Below are positions 1-13,091 of a stretch of DNA of 64,000 nt, in pieces. The stretch spans positions 4,500,914-4,564,913 of the forward strand of contig NC_134034.1 in assembly GCF_964204645.1 (NCBI RefSeq), written 5' to 3'. The translations under genes were made by a program, and so were the position numbers. The first letter of the stretch is position 1, and every line of letters begins with the position of its first letter. The notes below the pieces were generated by a model. The model saw only the letters and a program-made list of their open reading frames with translations, was not told the DNA's origin and ran no database searches. Source of the stretch: Tubulanus polymorphus (lineage: Eukaryota; Animalia; Nemertea).

Positions 1-553
1 GTATTTGTATGTGCGAGATAATTACTTATATTTGATACGACAATAATATGTATTTGAAGTAATCATGTAATCTTTGTAATATGATATCGTTATATTTTCA
101 AACACCGTCTGATACGGATGTTTAGGAGGTGCTGTGTTGTAAATTGAAGTCCGGTTTGCTGCTATAGAATTTTATTGTAGTCGAGTTTAGCTTTAGTACT
201 GTAGGATTTGTAACCCTTCATTGAACCTCTCCATGCTTTGTTGTTACTAAGTCTAGTACATTATATATACAGTATATATTGAATATCTCACAGTTGAGCA
301 TTGGTCATTTTCGTAGAAACTTGCTCGAGGAGCTACAGTAATTGTAAGTAACGAATTTTTAGATTTGCTGTGGGTTAGTTTTCTTTGCATAAATTGAATT
401 GATTACTTATATATATATTTTCATATTTGTAGCAAACCGGCATTATATGGCATAGTGCAGCATCGTTAGTTGCTAAAATAAACACGCTGAGTTTGAAATG
501 TAGCTGTGCTTTCGTGTTCAATAGATTTTCGAGGATTCGTTTCGTCGATTTAG

Positions 554-3224
554 AACAATGATAATGTAGGCAAAATTAATATACCAGGTTATCATAAACC
601 CATAGAAGAGCACCGAACAACCACCACAGGAGGAGGTGTCGCCATCTATGTACGTGAGGATTTAAAATTTGTAGAAAGAAAAGACCTCAGAATTTTTAAA
701 ACTGGCCAATTCGAATCTTGCTTTGTAGAATTGGATGATAATATAGTGGGAGAAATATACAGAATTCCTGGAACCAGTGAAGACCAGTTTATTAAAGACT
801 ATCAAAAGTGCATAGAAAATATCAAAAAAGAAAACAAAAAAATTATAATCGGTACTGATCAAAATCTCGATTATCTCAAGATGGATAACCACGCTAACAC
901 TGCTAAATTTTTTGATTTAAATTTAACTAATGGTTTATATCCAACCATTTTAAGACCTACGCGGATAACCTCGACTACCGCAACCCTTATAGATAATGTC
1001 TACGTTGATACAGACATAAAGGGGAAATTTCTTCAGCAATATTATTGGCCCATATGTCAGACCATCTACCATGCCTTACATCTATCGAAAAAATTTGTTG
1101 TACAAAAAACATGAGACTTTTATGAAGAGAAATCTTACTGAAAGAAACTTGAATTTTATTAAACGTGCGCTAACAACTGTTGACTGGTCACCATTACACA
1201 GTTTAAACAGTAACGATGCATATATGTATTTTAATAAAACATTGATTGGTATAATCGACTTCTACGCTCCGAAACAGAGTGTACGAAATCGTAATGTATA
1301 TGCCCGAGAGGCATGGATGACCCCGAGTCTTATTAATTCGTCACATAAATGTAATGCATTATATAAATCTGTAATAGGTCTTGACAAAAGTCACCCCCGT
1401 TTTAAATCTTATATTGTATATCGTAATGTTTACAACTCCGCCAAGAGAAAAGCCAAGCAACAATTTTATAGCTCCAAATTACTGAAATTTAATAGAAATA
1501 GCCGTAGATTATGGATAACAATGAAAGAAATTATAGGGAAAACCCCCAATAAGAATTGTGTACCCGATAACTTTAATATAAATGGTAAACCCTGTAATGA
1601 CAGACAACGTATAAGCAATGGTTTCTGTAAATACTTTAGTACTATTGGAAGTAAACTTTCTAAAGATATGTCGAATAATAATGATCAGTTTGATAAATTT
1701 ATGCCAAAAGACCTGAACAATAATTTCTACATGTTTCCGACGGATGAAATTGAAGTACGTAAATTGATCTCGTCGTTAGAACCAAAACAGTCTACTGGAC
1801 ATGACACTATTAATAATTTATTATTGAAGAATATTGGTTCTTACATATCTAAACCACTAGCAGATATTTTTAACAAGTCTTTAGAATCTGGTATTGTTCC
1901 AGAATATTTTAAATTAGCTTGTGTAACTCCATTATTTAAAAAGGACGATAATCGAGAATTTTCGAACTATCGACCCATATCGTTATTACCATGTGTATCA
2001 AAGCTTTTGGAGAAGGTCGTACACAAAAGACTATATAACTATCTAGTCAAATACTCAATTCTGTACAATAGCCCATATGGCTTTAGGCCAGAGCATTCAA
2101 CTTGCCATGCTACTATGGAGTTAGTTGGCAATATTATTAATGGGTTTGAAACAAATTGTTATACACTAGCAGCTTTCCTAGATCTTAGTAAAGCATTTGA
2201 TTGTCTTGATCTTAATATTCTAATGGAAAAACTTTATACCTATGGTATATAGGGACAGGCACTAGCCTGGTTTGAAAGTTATTTAAATAATAGGGAAATG
2301 TATGTAAAATTTGACAATACAGAATCTATTGTCTACCCACTTAATTACGGAATTCCGCAAGGCTCAGTACTAGGACCTCTTTTGTTTTTAATTTATACCA
2401 ACGATATGTATCTCTGTTTGAAAAAGTGTAAACCAATTTTATTTGCGGATGACACTGATATATTCGTCACTGGTAAATCACTCACTAAATTATTTAAAGA
2501 CCTTACACATGATTTGAAAACTCTATATAGTTGGTTCTCTGCAAACAATCTTACATTAAACCTAGGTAAAACTAAACTCGTCCTCTTTAAGCCTAAAAAT
2601 GCTAAAAAAGCAGCCCATCAAAACTTCATTAAAATAAATGATTACCAGATCAACTTATCACACTCAGTTACCTTTCTTGGTCTTGAAATTGATGAGCATT
2701 TAAATTTTAACGCGCATGTAAACTCAATTTGCAAAAAAATAGCTAAACAAATTTATTTGATGAATTCTCTTAAACATTTTGTACCATGCTTTACTCTGAA
2801 AATGCTGTATAATAGCTATATATATTGTTACATAAACTATTGTCTGATAACTTGGGGATCGTTAATTTCAAAATTTAACCAGAATAGGATTTTTAAACTG
2901 CAGAAAAAAGCAATCAGGATTATAGCTAAGGCTAAATACAATAGCCCAACGAATCTATTATTTAAAAAATTCAATGTCATAAAATTTGAAGATATGATCC
3001 AGCTTGAAGCTGCGAAATTTGGACATCTGCTTTCTAAAAATCTAATTCCTTTACCAATTAATGATATTAAAAAAAAAAATTCTTATAACCATAACTACTA
3101 TACTCGCCAACGCAATTACCCTCGTATACCTCAACATACTAAAAGTATAATTAATAGAAGCTTCCTTTGTTCAATTCCCGCCACCTGGCAGAATCTTGGT
3201 AAACACCTTAAATCATCAAAATGA
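554..3224 (+). pseudogene. LINE ORF2 (APE endonuclease + reverse transcriptase), frameshifted near 1030-1110 with a stop at 2250-2252
   Basis: ORFs 731-1114, 1071-2252 and 2298-3224 carry NYRPISLL, FLDLSKAFD, GIPQGSVLGPLLFLIY, FADDT and FLGL motifs. Confidence 0.92.
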
Positions 3225-3318
3225 TTTGCAGTTAAAAAACAAATTCAAAATTGACATAATTAACCGTTACTAAATTTTTGTCCTACTGTTTAATGTGACT
3301 ACATATACAAATACTATA

Positions 3319-3384
<66 letters not shown>
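3319..3384 (+). repeat. (TG)n(AG)n compound microsatellite in the LINE 3' UTR
   Basis: Read directly from the sequence. Confidence 0.95.
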
Positions 3385-3386
<2 letters not shown>

Positions 3387-3571
3387 TGTCTGCGTGTGTC
3401 TGCGTGTGTTAGGTGACCCATAATTACAAGCAACTTTGCTTCTCATGGACACCTTTCATTGATATTATGACATTTAATAATTAAAGTTACTTTGTACTTT
3501 GTATTAATATACTTATATTATATGTTATAATTTCTTCGAAGAATAAAGATTATTATTATTATTATTATTAT

Positions 3572-6500
3572 AATGCTAAGGTATTTTCGGGATAATGCAT
3601 TAAAAGTGGTGTTTTGGAATGAGCCGTGTCTCAGGAAAATGAGCTTTTCTGAGATTAATATACTCATTAATACGTGAATTCATCAATGCAACCATAGCTT
3701 TTGTTACTTTTTGGGCACATATTATTTCAATAACTTCCTTGAATAGTATCAAAACATTCCAAACTGGATCATCTACATCTTTTATGTAATCTGACAGAAT
3801 TATAGGAAGTAACCTAATTAGTGTCCAGTTTTGAACTGCATTCCCGGGTATTTTGATGTCATCTTTTTTATTTCCGAGGGAAACAATTGGTTTATCTAAG
3901 GCATCATTGCCAGCATACTTGAACTGAACAATCATAGAAATTAGCTCATTCATAGTAAACCACTTGTTCTTAATAAAATAAGAAAGATAAAGTTTCAAAT
4001 CTGTCTTGAGAATACCTTCAAATATATCATGCCCAATACATGGAGGTAAACCGGGATTACATACATGAAAATTACACAAATCATTTAGAACAGATCTATG
4101 TTTCACTCCCTCATAGAAAAGAATGTCACTGCTTAATTTTGATAAAGCTTGATCATATTGTTCGACAGACCGTCTTGTTTTGGGTGCTACATCATCTATG
4201 ATATGTTCATTAGCCGAGTGTAAGCAAAATCTGCACCAGTGCGCAGCCTTCGAAAAATTCTCACTGAAACCTCCTAGAGAATTGGAGCCTAGATTATCAC
4301 CTAATACGCACAATAACTTGGCTTTAATAACATCTCCATTTTGTTGATTATATACTCCCATAGTTTCGAGTGACTTCAAGTCATCCACTAGTCTTTTTAA
4401 AGACGGTTTGAATACCTATTTTTTAGCTGATACGCTTTTACATAGGAAAGCCAGTTGTATCGCATCAATTTTTGACCGTTGCCATGGATATGTATTACCA
4501 ACGCTATAGTAGCAGGCCAATATCTTGTTTTTTTTTCTAGCGCTTCCTATTGGATTTACCACTTCAAATTCATCTTGGTACAGAATTATTTCTAAAACTT
4601 TTTCATTTCCCATAGAAAATCTTAAGTTTTTATAAACAGTACCACAATGAATATCTTCAAGGACACTTTGATCGGATGGCACAGAACTATTAAACTGACT
4701 AACAAATGAAGTATCTTTTAGTAGATTGCCTAGTACTTTCCTTATCGGAACATAATAGATAAAATGGTCAAGTGAACCATCATTACCCAGGTAGAATTTT
4801 TCTGGAGGAACATATCTTAATCTGTCTGTCTGAAATAACTGATTCTGCAAAAGTGGCTTCTGAAAATACCAGTTTCTTTGTCCAAAAAATTTTCTTTCTC
4901 AAGGTTAGTTACAATATCTTCCGCTACTGTCCTTTCAATGCCTTTCACTTTTAGATTCTCTAATAAACAAGCACTACGTAATCTTTTTTCAACGTCAATT
5001 AATGATTCGAGTTCATCTACAGTTACTTGAATTGTACTCGCAGGTACTACAAGTTTACTTTGTAATTTCAAAAATAACATTGCTAAATTCATTTCAAGAA
5101 TTCCTGTTAATTCATTGTTTAAATGGTCATCAGAATTGTCAGATTGTGAGTAACTTTCGTCATCAACTGAACACTCAGGAAATTCATGAATATCTTGTGT
5201 ATCAGAGGTACCGGTACCAGCATCCGGGACCACCGCATCAGGGTGAACATCATCTACAGTCCATGGATACACATGTTTCCTGCTTATGTGACTACGAAAA
5301 GATGACTTGTTGCTGTATAACTTTTGACAACCAATGAAAGGGCATTTTATTACAGTTCCTAAAGTTGCATGCTTTTTCAAATGACTTATGAGATCATTCA
5401 TACTCGTGAAATTCTCAACACATGACTCCACTGTACATTTCACTGTTCCTAGCAAGCTTGGAAGCCTCGAAAGTCTTAATGCGTTCCTTTGCATTTGGTG
5501 ATATCTACTTATATGCATATTGAGGCCTTCATAGCTTGTAGACAAAGCAGCGCAATCCTCAAAGGGGCAGATAAGATTGTGATTAGGTCGGTTTCTATGT
5601 AATGCACAATGATTTACATAAGCTCGCAAAGATGATTGCTGTGCAGAACACAATTTACATTTTGTATCTTCTGCTGATATCCTGTGAATTAGAAAGAATC
5701 CTAATTCAATCTAGACAGTAAATCTACAAGATTCAGAATGAATAACGAGACGAGTAGTACTATATCGCTGAACTATTTTATTGGACGCACTAGCTTTCGC
5801 TACTAATTTGTTGTAGATGAATATTAAGCCTCATTCATCTGATGAAGCTTCTATACATTAGTAACGAAAGCTCGTGCTCCAATAAACTAGTTAACCTATA
5901 TAGGCCTAGCTCTACTCGTCTTGTTATTTAGGCTATTCTATACCTGGTTAACACGGCTACTCTACGGAACTTTTCCAGATTTAGGGATTGAGCCTATTCG
6001 AATATCTTATAGGTAACAACTTAAGAACCTTACATTTTAATTTCATCAAGATTCTAACCGCCATTTTGTATTTTTCACTTTAAAGCCAGGCGTATCGGGC
6101 ATGCAACTGCCTGTGACTCACTTCTGAACGACCACCAGCGACGATCGCATTGCAACGACCCGTTAACCGCGCGCTCTTGCGATTGACCGCGATACAATTG
6201 TCTCTCCTAGTGGCAACTATGGGTACCATACGCTGCTCTTGAGACTAATAGAAACTAGTTGCACATCATCGCTGCCACTCTCATTTGTCGACCTATACGC
6301 CAATTTCTGACAAGTTTCTTCGACGATTGCATCGTGTTGCAAGCAGTCGCAAGGCCAACCTACACCAGGCTTTAAACTGCATGATGAATCAAAACACAAT
6401 CGCAAAAGGGGAGTTAGGCCTTAAATCTAATCTACTAGGCTACATGTCCACAGGCTGGGCCCATAATCATAGGTCCACAGGCCTCATTCTGTCATTTATC

Positions 6501-6788
6501 AATTATTATATCTTCTCTTCGTGGGATTTCATCGTGAAGATGCCCGACTGGCTGACGTGACCTATCGGGTCACCTTGTCCGTGCAGTCGTCAGATTTCAA
6601 AATGTTATAGGCCTACAACCAACGATAGGCTATATCTAGCTACGTAGCGACTACGTCCATACATTCTGTAGTGCATTCGAGACTTTAAGAACCCCATCTT
6701 AAAGGTGAATAATATGAAAACTTACTGATAACGTGCTAAAATCCTCGGCTTCGCACATCATCACGCTGCCGTCCGTGTCATCCATCAT
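3572..6788 (-). pseudogene. CACTA-1 transposase with N-terminal C2H2 zinc fingers; exon 1 at 6726-6788, exon 2 from 5681, frameshifted and cut by the LINE
   Basis: ORFs 4817-5653, 4416-4850 and 3600-4388 carry LYQDEFEVVNPIGS, GDNLGSNSLGGFSENFS, PPCIGHDIFEG and PKHHF, all homologous to the CACTA-2 transposase. A 21-codon exon MMDDTDGS...STLS is followed by GTAAGT. Confidence 0.85.
5741..5928. repeat. Palindromic Penelope-derived/MITE-like hairpin in the CACTA-1 intron
   Basis: Arms AATAACGAGACGAGTAG...TTATTGGACGCACTAGCTTTCGCTACTAAT and ATTAGTAACGAAAGCTCGTGCTCCAATAA...CTACTCGTCTTGTTATT. Contains CTGATGA...CGAAA. Confidence 0.65.
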
Positions 6789-7141
6789 GTTGTTGTGCGG
6801 GTTTTTTCCAGCAAGCGTCGGTTCATTTCATGGAACGAGAGGACCTTTCCCGCATACATCGGAATTTTATCGGAATTCCATAGTCAACTACAGGATAGGC
6901 CTATACCCCTACAGTTGTCGGTTACGGCTCGGGGTAGATGGAGCCTTCCCGCATATCATCGGAGTTTGGCCGTTTTTGGTATTTCGGGAAATTACCGAAC
7001 GTCTCCGGTATTCGAAAATGTTAGTTATCGGGCAAGTCACGATACATGTTGTTTGATTTCCCTCAACTGTTATGTATTTTAAGACGATCGTCAGAAAAAT
7101 TCTGACAACTGACTGACTTGGCCGAATTACTTTTTACAGTG

Positions 7142-8214
7142 CGTGAAAGTGAATCCAGTGATTCTGAATTAGAGGAAAATGGAGCAAATAATGAGACTAA
7201 GAAATCAGATATAGGCCTAAGCGATGAAAGCGATGAAGAAGTGACGTCTCCGCTTCCCCGTAAAAAAACAGAAGAGGACGCACTGGTCAAATAACGATTT
7301 AGATGACCTTGTGGATATAATCGTGAATGATGAGTACCTTAAAAAACGTTTAATATTCATGAATGCAAAAAACCAAAAAAAACACAGAATATTATGAAAA
7401 AGTTCGGGATGAAATGAAGAAGAGAAATAAGACATTTAAATATTCACCAGTTCAAATTCGTAATAAATTTAAGAAGATGGTTGCAGAATGTAAAAAAGTG
7501 AGTCTAACGTTGAAGACGGCAACTGGGATTGATCGATTTATTGAGGAGCGCAATTATGGACAATGGTTCAAGCAACTGTTTCCCATTGTTAAGACAAGAC
7601 ATGCATGTCATCCAGAAATGGCTGTTGAACCAAGTACAGCTCCTAAGACAGAGTCCAAAATGAATACACCTGAAGAAAAAGATTCAACAAATTTAACTGA
7701 ATCTAATCAAACCAGGGCAACAAGCCCTAAGTGTGAAATAGCATAGTTTGTCCAATCAGCGGAAATGAGCGCGAAAAAAGGGAAATTCAAAGAGGAAAAA
7801 AAGATTAAATGATTGAAATGATGAAAAAAAATAGCAGAACATGACCCAACTGAATCCTTATTGAAATTCTTTCGAAAGGATCAAGAAAAGGCACGGGAAC
7901 ATGAACTAAAATTATCTGCTATGTTGCTTCAGGGTCCTGGTACAGTTCAAGCTCATGCTCCAGATTCTAGAATCCCAATCCCTTCTGTAAATGTACCAGG
8001 TCCTAGTTCTGCTCCATTCTATCCTGGTCAAGGTAATTTTTCCCTGCCAAATTCAATTCCTGGGCCAAGTGGGTATCAGCCCGGGGTATACCAACCCCAT
8101 CTCAATACTTATCGGCATGCCTTTTCCCAAGGCCAACCTGGAGCTAGAAACTTCTTCGAAGATTTTCATAGGTCTGAATCCCAGGAAATTGAGAAACATT
8201 ATGAATCTCTGTAA
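7142..8214 (+). pseudogene. Myb/SANT (trihelix-like) DNA-binding partner protein of a PIF/Harbinger transposon; 5' end displaced by CACTA-1; frameshifts
   Basis: Joined frames read RTHWSNNDLDDLVDII...NTEYYEKVRDEM...YSPVQIRNKFKKMVAECKK...YGQWFKQLFPIV, then a coiled coil (EKAREHELKL) and a Pro/Gln-rich tail. Convergent with the Harbinger transposase once CACTA-2 is removed. Confidence 0.8.
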
Positions 8215-8893
8215 TTTGTGAAAATGACATGCATGTACTTTCAAGTTACATGTATTTGAAAGAAAACCGAAATATGCCTAAGTGGACTGTATGTGGAGTA
8301 AAGCCACTCCCGTGTGTAATTATGTTACTTTTTACCTTTAAAGGGGTAATTTACAGTACCTGCCTGCCACTCAGTCAGTTGCACTACACTAATTTTATAT
8401 TTGGTGAATCGATTAATTGTATTAATCTTGATCAAAAAAGTTAGATTTAATTTTAACCAAAATTCTGATTAATAAAATTCAGCGAGATTATTTATCTGTT
8501 TAGTGTATTGTCATTTCACTGAGTGGCAGCACAAGTCGTGTACATTCACTGTAAAAAACTGTTCGGCCATAACCGATATTTCACGCTGATTTTCCCGTGC
8601 ATATGCGGTCTATTCCTGAAAAATCGGCCCTTTCACTTGAAATTTGGTCAAAATCCGATTTGCTACGGCATAATCCGTCGACAAACGTTTTGCTCCGCAA
8701 ATTGGCATGTCGTTTTTTCGCGGATCGATTAAATACGGAACAAAACAGTAGAAATAGGTCTAAAACCGCAAATAAACGGCGTTCCTTGCGAGGAATCGGG
8801 AGAAGGCGTTTAGAAACGGTAACACTCCGTCAGATGCGGCCAAGCAACCGTATAATGACGGTATTAATCGGAAATTAGCAATCGCGATCCAAC

Positions 8894-11800
8894 ATGGCGG
8901 CGGATGAAGGTGTAGGGGCCCTAGGAAGCATTCAAAACCAGTGTTGCCAGACTTCCGGAAATTTCCGGAGTTCCGGAAATCGAAACTTTCAAAAAAAAAT
9001 CCGGAAATTTTCTTCTCCGTACTGCGCGAAAATGCCGTTAATTTTTATTAGAACGGCCACCCATACGCATTCGCTGTGATGATTGCACCACCACCAATCG
9101 TCATGACGACGCCGCGCAGCTCTGCGGTCGAGCGGCTTTTGTGTAAGTATACAGAGTAGTGCTTATAACTTTATTGATTTTATACTCGAATGTGTATTGT
9201 AAAATTTTCGAGTTCAATAAACTTCTGTACTGTAACCACGACTTGACTTGCTGATGCGCCGCGCTTGTATTAGATCATCTTTATCAGAGCATTCATAGGT
9301 ACGTCCCTTCAAGTTACACATCTATGATCATCTATATAGGCTTAGGCCTAAACTATCTATGATCCGTCCTTTTTTAAATGTTCCATTTTTTTTATTTTCA
9401 ATAGGCCCGTATGCGATAGATCCCCGGAAAATGAGTTTACCAAGAATTGTTGATCGGCAGAGCTCCGACTTAAAAACTATCGATGTAGCTATAAAAAACA
9501 AATTTAGGTGGAATTGGTTAGAGGAAAAGGATTTTCATGGTGATTTCTTGTCCGATTACATACGTAAACTCGAGGAAGGTGGCCTCTCGTATTGCTTGAT
9601 ATGCAAAGAAATTATTAAATACGGTGGTGGAGGAAAACGGGACATAGTAAACCACGCTAAAAACAAAAAGCACACGCAAATTAGAAAGGAACTGAAAAGT
9701 AATGAAGAACTACCCGCAAGCTACCAGCCGATCATTTCAACTGAAGGCAATGAACCGTCCACTAGTAACAGTTGTAGTACTGGTAGCTTACCAATGCCAT
9801 ATGGGGTTGCCCCGAATGTTCCTGGTGTCCAAGGAGAAAATCGCGATATCAGGCCGAAATTCGATCATTTCAACTGAAGGCAATGAACCGTCCACTAGTA
9901 ACAGTTGTAGTACTGGTAGCTTACCAATGCCATATGGGGTTGCCCCGAATGTTCCTGGTGTCCAAGGAGAAAATCGCGATATCAGGCCGAAATTCGTACC
10001 AACTATCGACAGAATATCCCATGCACAGGCCATGACTCTATCGTTCATAGCTGAGAACTCTCTCCCAATTTCCATGACCGAGAAGTTGATTAAGTTTGCT
10101 AAGGAGCTCAGTCGCGATGAGAAAGCGGTTTCGCAGATTACGATGGGAAGAACGTGTGCTACGTACAAACTAAAAAATGGCCTGAGTACGCACATCCGCA
10201 AAAATGTTGTGGCTGATATGCGGAAATCGTTTTTCTCGATTAATACCGATGAATGCACTGCATCAAATTTCGAAAAAGTGTTCAGCATCCTGACTTCATA
10301 TTATAGTGACGAACTTGAACGGTGCGTAGTAAATCACTACACCTCATCATCGATTTCCCGAGTCAACGCGGCGTCAGTTACAGAATTAGTTCTTAGTAAA
10401 CTGAAAGCGGACGAAATACCACTGACAAACATAGTTTCAAGTTTGTCCGACTCAACCAACTATATGCGAGGCAAGGTCAGTGTGTTTGAGACAAAACTGC
10501 GTGAAGCGGCGCCACTGCTACTTGACATAGACGGTGACGTTTGCCACCGCATTCACAATTCCGTTAAAAACTTCTGTTCACACTTCGACACGATCGCCGA
10601 GAAACTAGCCGACGATATGCACACCGATTTCAAATATAGTCCAGACCTTCGTGATGCACTGGCCGAATTGTGTGAAATACTGGGAATCCCGTATGTCATC
10701 CCAGCCCAGCGCATTCCCCACCGCTGGTTGTCGGCATTTGACGTAACTGTTAAAAGCCTAGAGATCATCGAAGGGCTTTCCCTGTTTTATTTCACTTGGA
10801 TACCTGAGAAGGCGAATTACCAAGATTTGATTGTTAACATTCTCAGATCCGTTCCGGCAAATGCTAGAAAAAGGGTCTACGAAATCATCGGCGAGTTAAA
10901 AAAGAAAGATTTGACCTCTGATGGACGGAATAGAAAAATGCGCATTGTAGATAAACTGTTTTTCAAGCGACGCGAAACCCTGATCATCATGTATTTTTAC
11001 TCGCGAGTTCTTCCGTTATTCAAGTCGTTCGTTTTGACATTCGAGAGTAGTGAGCCAAAAATGCACAAACTGCACGATGAATTCTGTGATCAAATGAGCC
11101 ATTTTCTCTGTTGTTTTCTGAAACATGAAACAGTATCTGGATTGTCAGCACGGAAACTGCTCACGCTAGACTGTACAAAAAACTACCTACCCGTTAATGA
11201 GATGTACGTCGGAGAGGAGGCAAAGCGATTGTTGGCAAAGTGTGATGTAACTGATCGCAACAGAATACTGTTAAAAATTCGAGGTGCAACTGAAGCAGCA
11301 ACGTATCTACAGAAAAAGTTACCGCTGGAGAACAAAGTTCTACGTTACATGTCTGCATTGGACCCTGAGGCCATGGGTCATTCGGAAACGTGCACTGCTC
11401 TGAAGAGACTTGTGGCTTTCTTTCCTACCGTAATCATGCCGGATGACCTTGATAGCCATGATTCTTACAAGTTAGAGAGCAGCAAGTTACAGTCAGACAA
11501 AACACTTCCACCTTGTGATGAAAACACTCGCCTTGACACGTGGTGGACAGACATCTTCAAAACGAAGAAATATCCTACACTGGCGAAGATTGTCAAAGCA
11601 GCAATGAGCGTCTTTACTGCACCTCGCATTGAGCAATCGTTTTCAGCTATGAATGACTTGATGGATAAGAAGTCAAACCGGATGGCCACTTCAACGTATG
11701 CCGCTATACAGAACGTAAAATACAACCTGAAGTCACGCCAGACAACAACTCTTGAACTCTATCACCGAGAAAACATTCTCCAAAGTCCAGTAAACCGAGA

Positions 11801-12692
11801 CATGGTGTATCACATGCAAACAGCTTATGGCCGTCACAAGCGGCAACGGCAGGAGAAGCAAGAAGCTCAGCTGGCAAAAAAACGAAAATTAGGACTAGAT
11901 TCAATGGTAGCAACTGCTCCTGTTCTGTTACGACCAAAGATTGTATCCAGGAATAAGTCGAAGTCAATTGTTCGAAAACGAGCCACATTGTCAACTGCGG
12001 GTAGCCGACGAACCGTACATGAACTTGCCAAAGAGGCAAAACAGCGAATTATGAAAGCGGTCTTGGCGAAAAATAAGAGAAAAAACTAAAATGTTTACCG
12101 TGGTTAGTATGTTCCGTTGTTCGTATCGTTTTCACAGTCATTGAAGAAGGCATTTTCCATAATGAATAATAAAATGATAAATCATAGTTGACAAAATATG
12201 TGAATAAGTGTTTATTTTTTAATTTTCGTAATTTATTTCTGAACGCAAATTCCTTACTGAACACATTGATGCATAATATTCACGGATAAATTGATTATTA
12301 ACGAAATTTTAAATATTTCCTTGCCAACTAAGCGCTCAAGCGCTACGATCTTGAATTTGTGAGCGTTCATCGGCGCATTTGAACTGCAATTATTCAGGAC
12401 TCGACCCGCAATGCGTGAGAAGATGCTGATCGTCAACGAATGAGGATGTGCCACATTGGAAATAGCCATTACCTTCCCGAATATAATAAGGTGTTCATGG
12501 GTTCACGATCGCTCTAAGTGCTCGGAAAACGCTTCTAATTTCTGAAATTTTCTTGGGGGAGGACCCCTAAACCCCCCCAAACGGCTTCGCGCCTTCGGCG
12601 CTTGCAAGTTTGCGTATGTCAATAAATACTTCCGGGAATTGCAAAGCTAGGTGCTGGCAACACTGCAAGACGCTACAACTAATAATGTACGG
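8894..12692 (+). CDS. CACTA-2 first coding exon (MAADEGVGALGSIQN-ATTNNVR), split by the hAT insertion into 8894-8938 and 12672-12692
   Basis: Removing the hAT and one 6-bp TSD copy gives 22 open codons ending at GTAAGT (12693) in phase 0, matching the phase-0 acceptor at 14038. The ATG is ~350 nt from the terminus, as in CACTA-1. Confidence 0.7.
9431..12089 (+). pseudogene. hAT transposase (BED-like zinc finger, DDE core, C-terminal dimerisation region) frameshifted by a 133-bp tandem duplication
   Basis: Motifs CLICKEIIKY...NHAKNKKH, FSINTDE, SDSTNYMRG, CHRIHN, RWLS and WW...KYPTLAKIVKAAMS...IEQSFS. Duplication at 9730-9862 / 9863-9995. Confidence 0.88.
9730..9995 (+). repeat. Perfect 133-bp tandem duplication inside the hAT transposase
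   Basis: GATCATTTCAACTG...GAAATTC occurs at 9730 and 9863, with CG microhomology at the junction. Confidence 0.95.
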
Positions 12693-12978
12693 GTAAGTTG
12701 TGGTAATTTGTGGCTCATTTTCTTATTTGGGCACAGCAGTTATTTTTGGCAAGTACTTTGCTGTATCATGTGCTCATCGACTGATTTGTAGTCACCCGGC
12801 ACAAGTAAAGCGCATAACGAATGAAGGACCTTACAAACTCAATTCAATCAAAACTTTACAAATCCACTGCCTACTGGGTCGCATTAAGTATCACCGAGGA
12901 CTGTGCTACGAAATGGAGTAGGGCCAGTGTTGAATTCTCAGTCCAGCCCTGACTGTGTGACATGTGTGACAGGTCTTT

Positions 12979-13091
12979 CATCCTCCCTCTGCAGGGACTC
13001 GAACCTGATTGATGGCATCGCTACACTAAGCCACGGCACGAACCATGGCAATCTGATGCCATCAGGTTCGAATCCCAGCCGGGGGAGGATG
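12979..13091. mobile_element. 113-bp MITE with ~40-bp TIRs containing a tRNA B-box and a 9-bp TSD
   Basis: CAGGTCTTT at 12970-12978 and 13092-13100 flanks CATCCTCCC...GGGAGGATG. The right arm has GGTTCGAATCCC and the left arm GGGACTCGAACC. Confidence 0.75.

Larger units (their letters stand above)
554..3571 (+). mobile_element. 5'-truncated CR1-group (Crack/Daphne/L2-like) non-LTR retrotransposon inserted into CACTA-1 transposase
   Basis: APE endonuclease motifs from ~554 (IPGY...RTTTTGGGVAIYVRE, IYRIP, TRIT...ATLIDN), followed by an RT domain. 3' UTR ends in AATAAA and an (ATT)n tail at ~3549-3571 that abuts CACTA transposase sequence. Confidence 0.9.
3572..7141 (-). mobile_element. EnSpm/CACTA (CMC) DNA transposon copy 1, 5' half, reverse orientation
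   Basis: Terminus ...TTTTTACAGTG at 7131-7141. Its reverse complement CACTGTAAAAAGTAATTCGGCC resembles the CACTA-2 left end CACTGTAAAAAACTGTTCGGCC. Transposase lies on the minus strand. The other end was not found in the window. Confidence 0.8.
8939..12665 (+). mobile_element. hAT-superfamily DNA transposon
   Basis: 12-bp TIR CAGTGTTGCCAG / CTGGCAACACTG. Flanks CAAAAC / CAAGAC form an imperfect 6-bp TSD. Encodes a transposase. Confidence 0.88.

Noticed and set aside
1-553. Continuation of the CACTA-1 transposase or the LINE 5' end
   Set aside because: Expected motifs (GPL..LWTMR.E.KH, or the APE N-terminus) are not visible on either strand; left unannotated.
13040-13091. tRNA gene
   Set aside because: Only a B-box/T-arm is present; no D-arm or anticodon arm, and it forms one arm of an inverted repeat.
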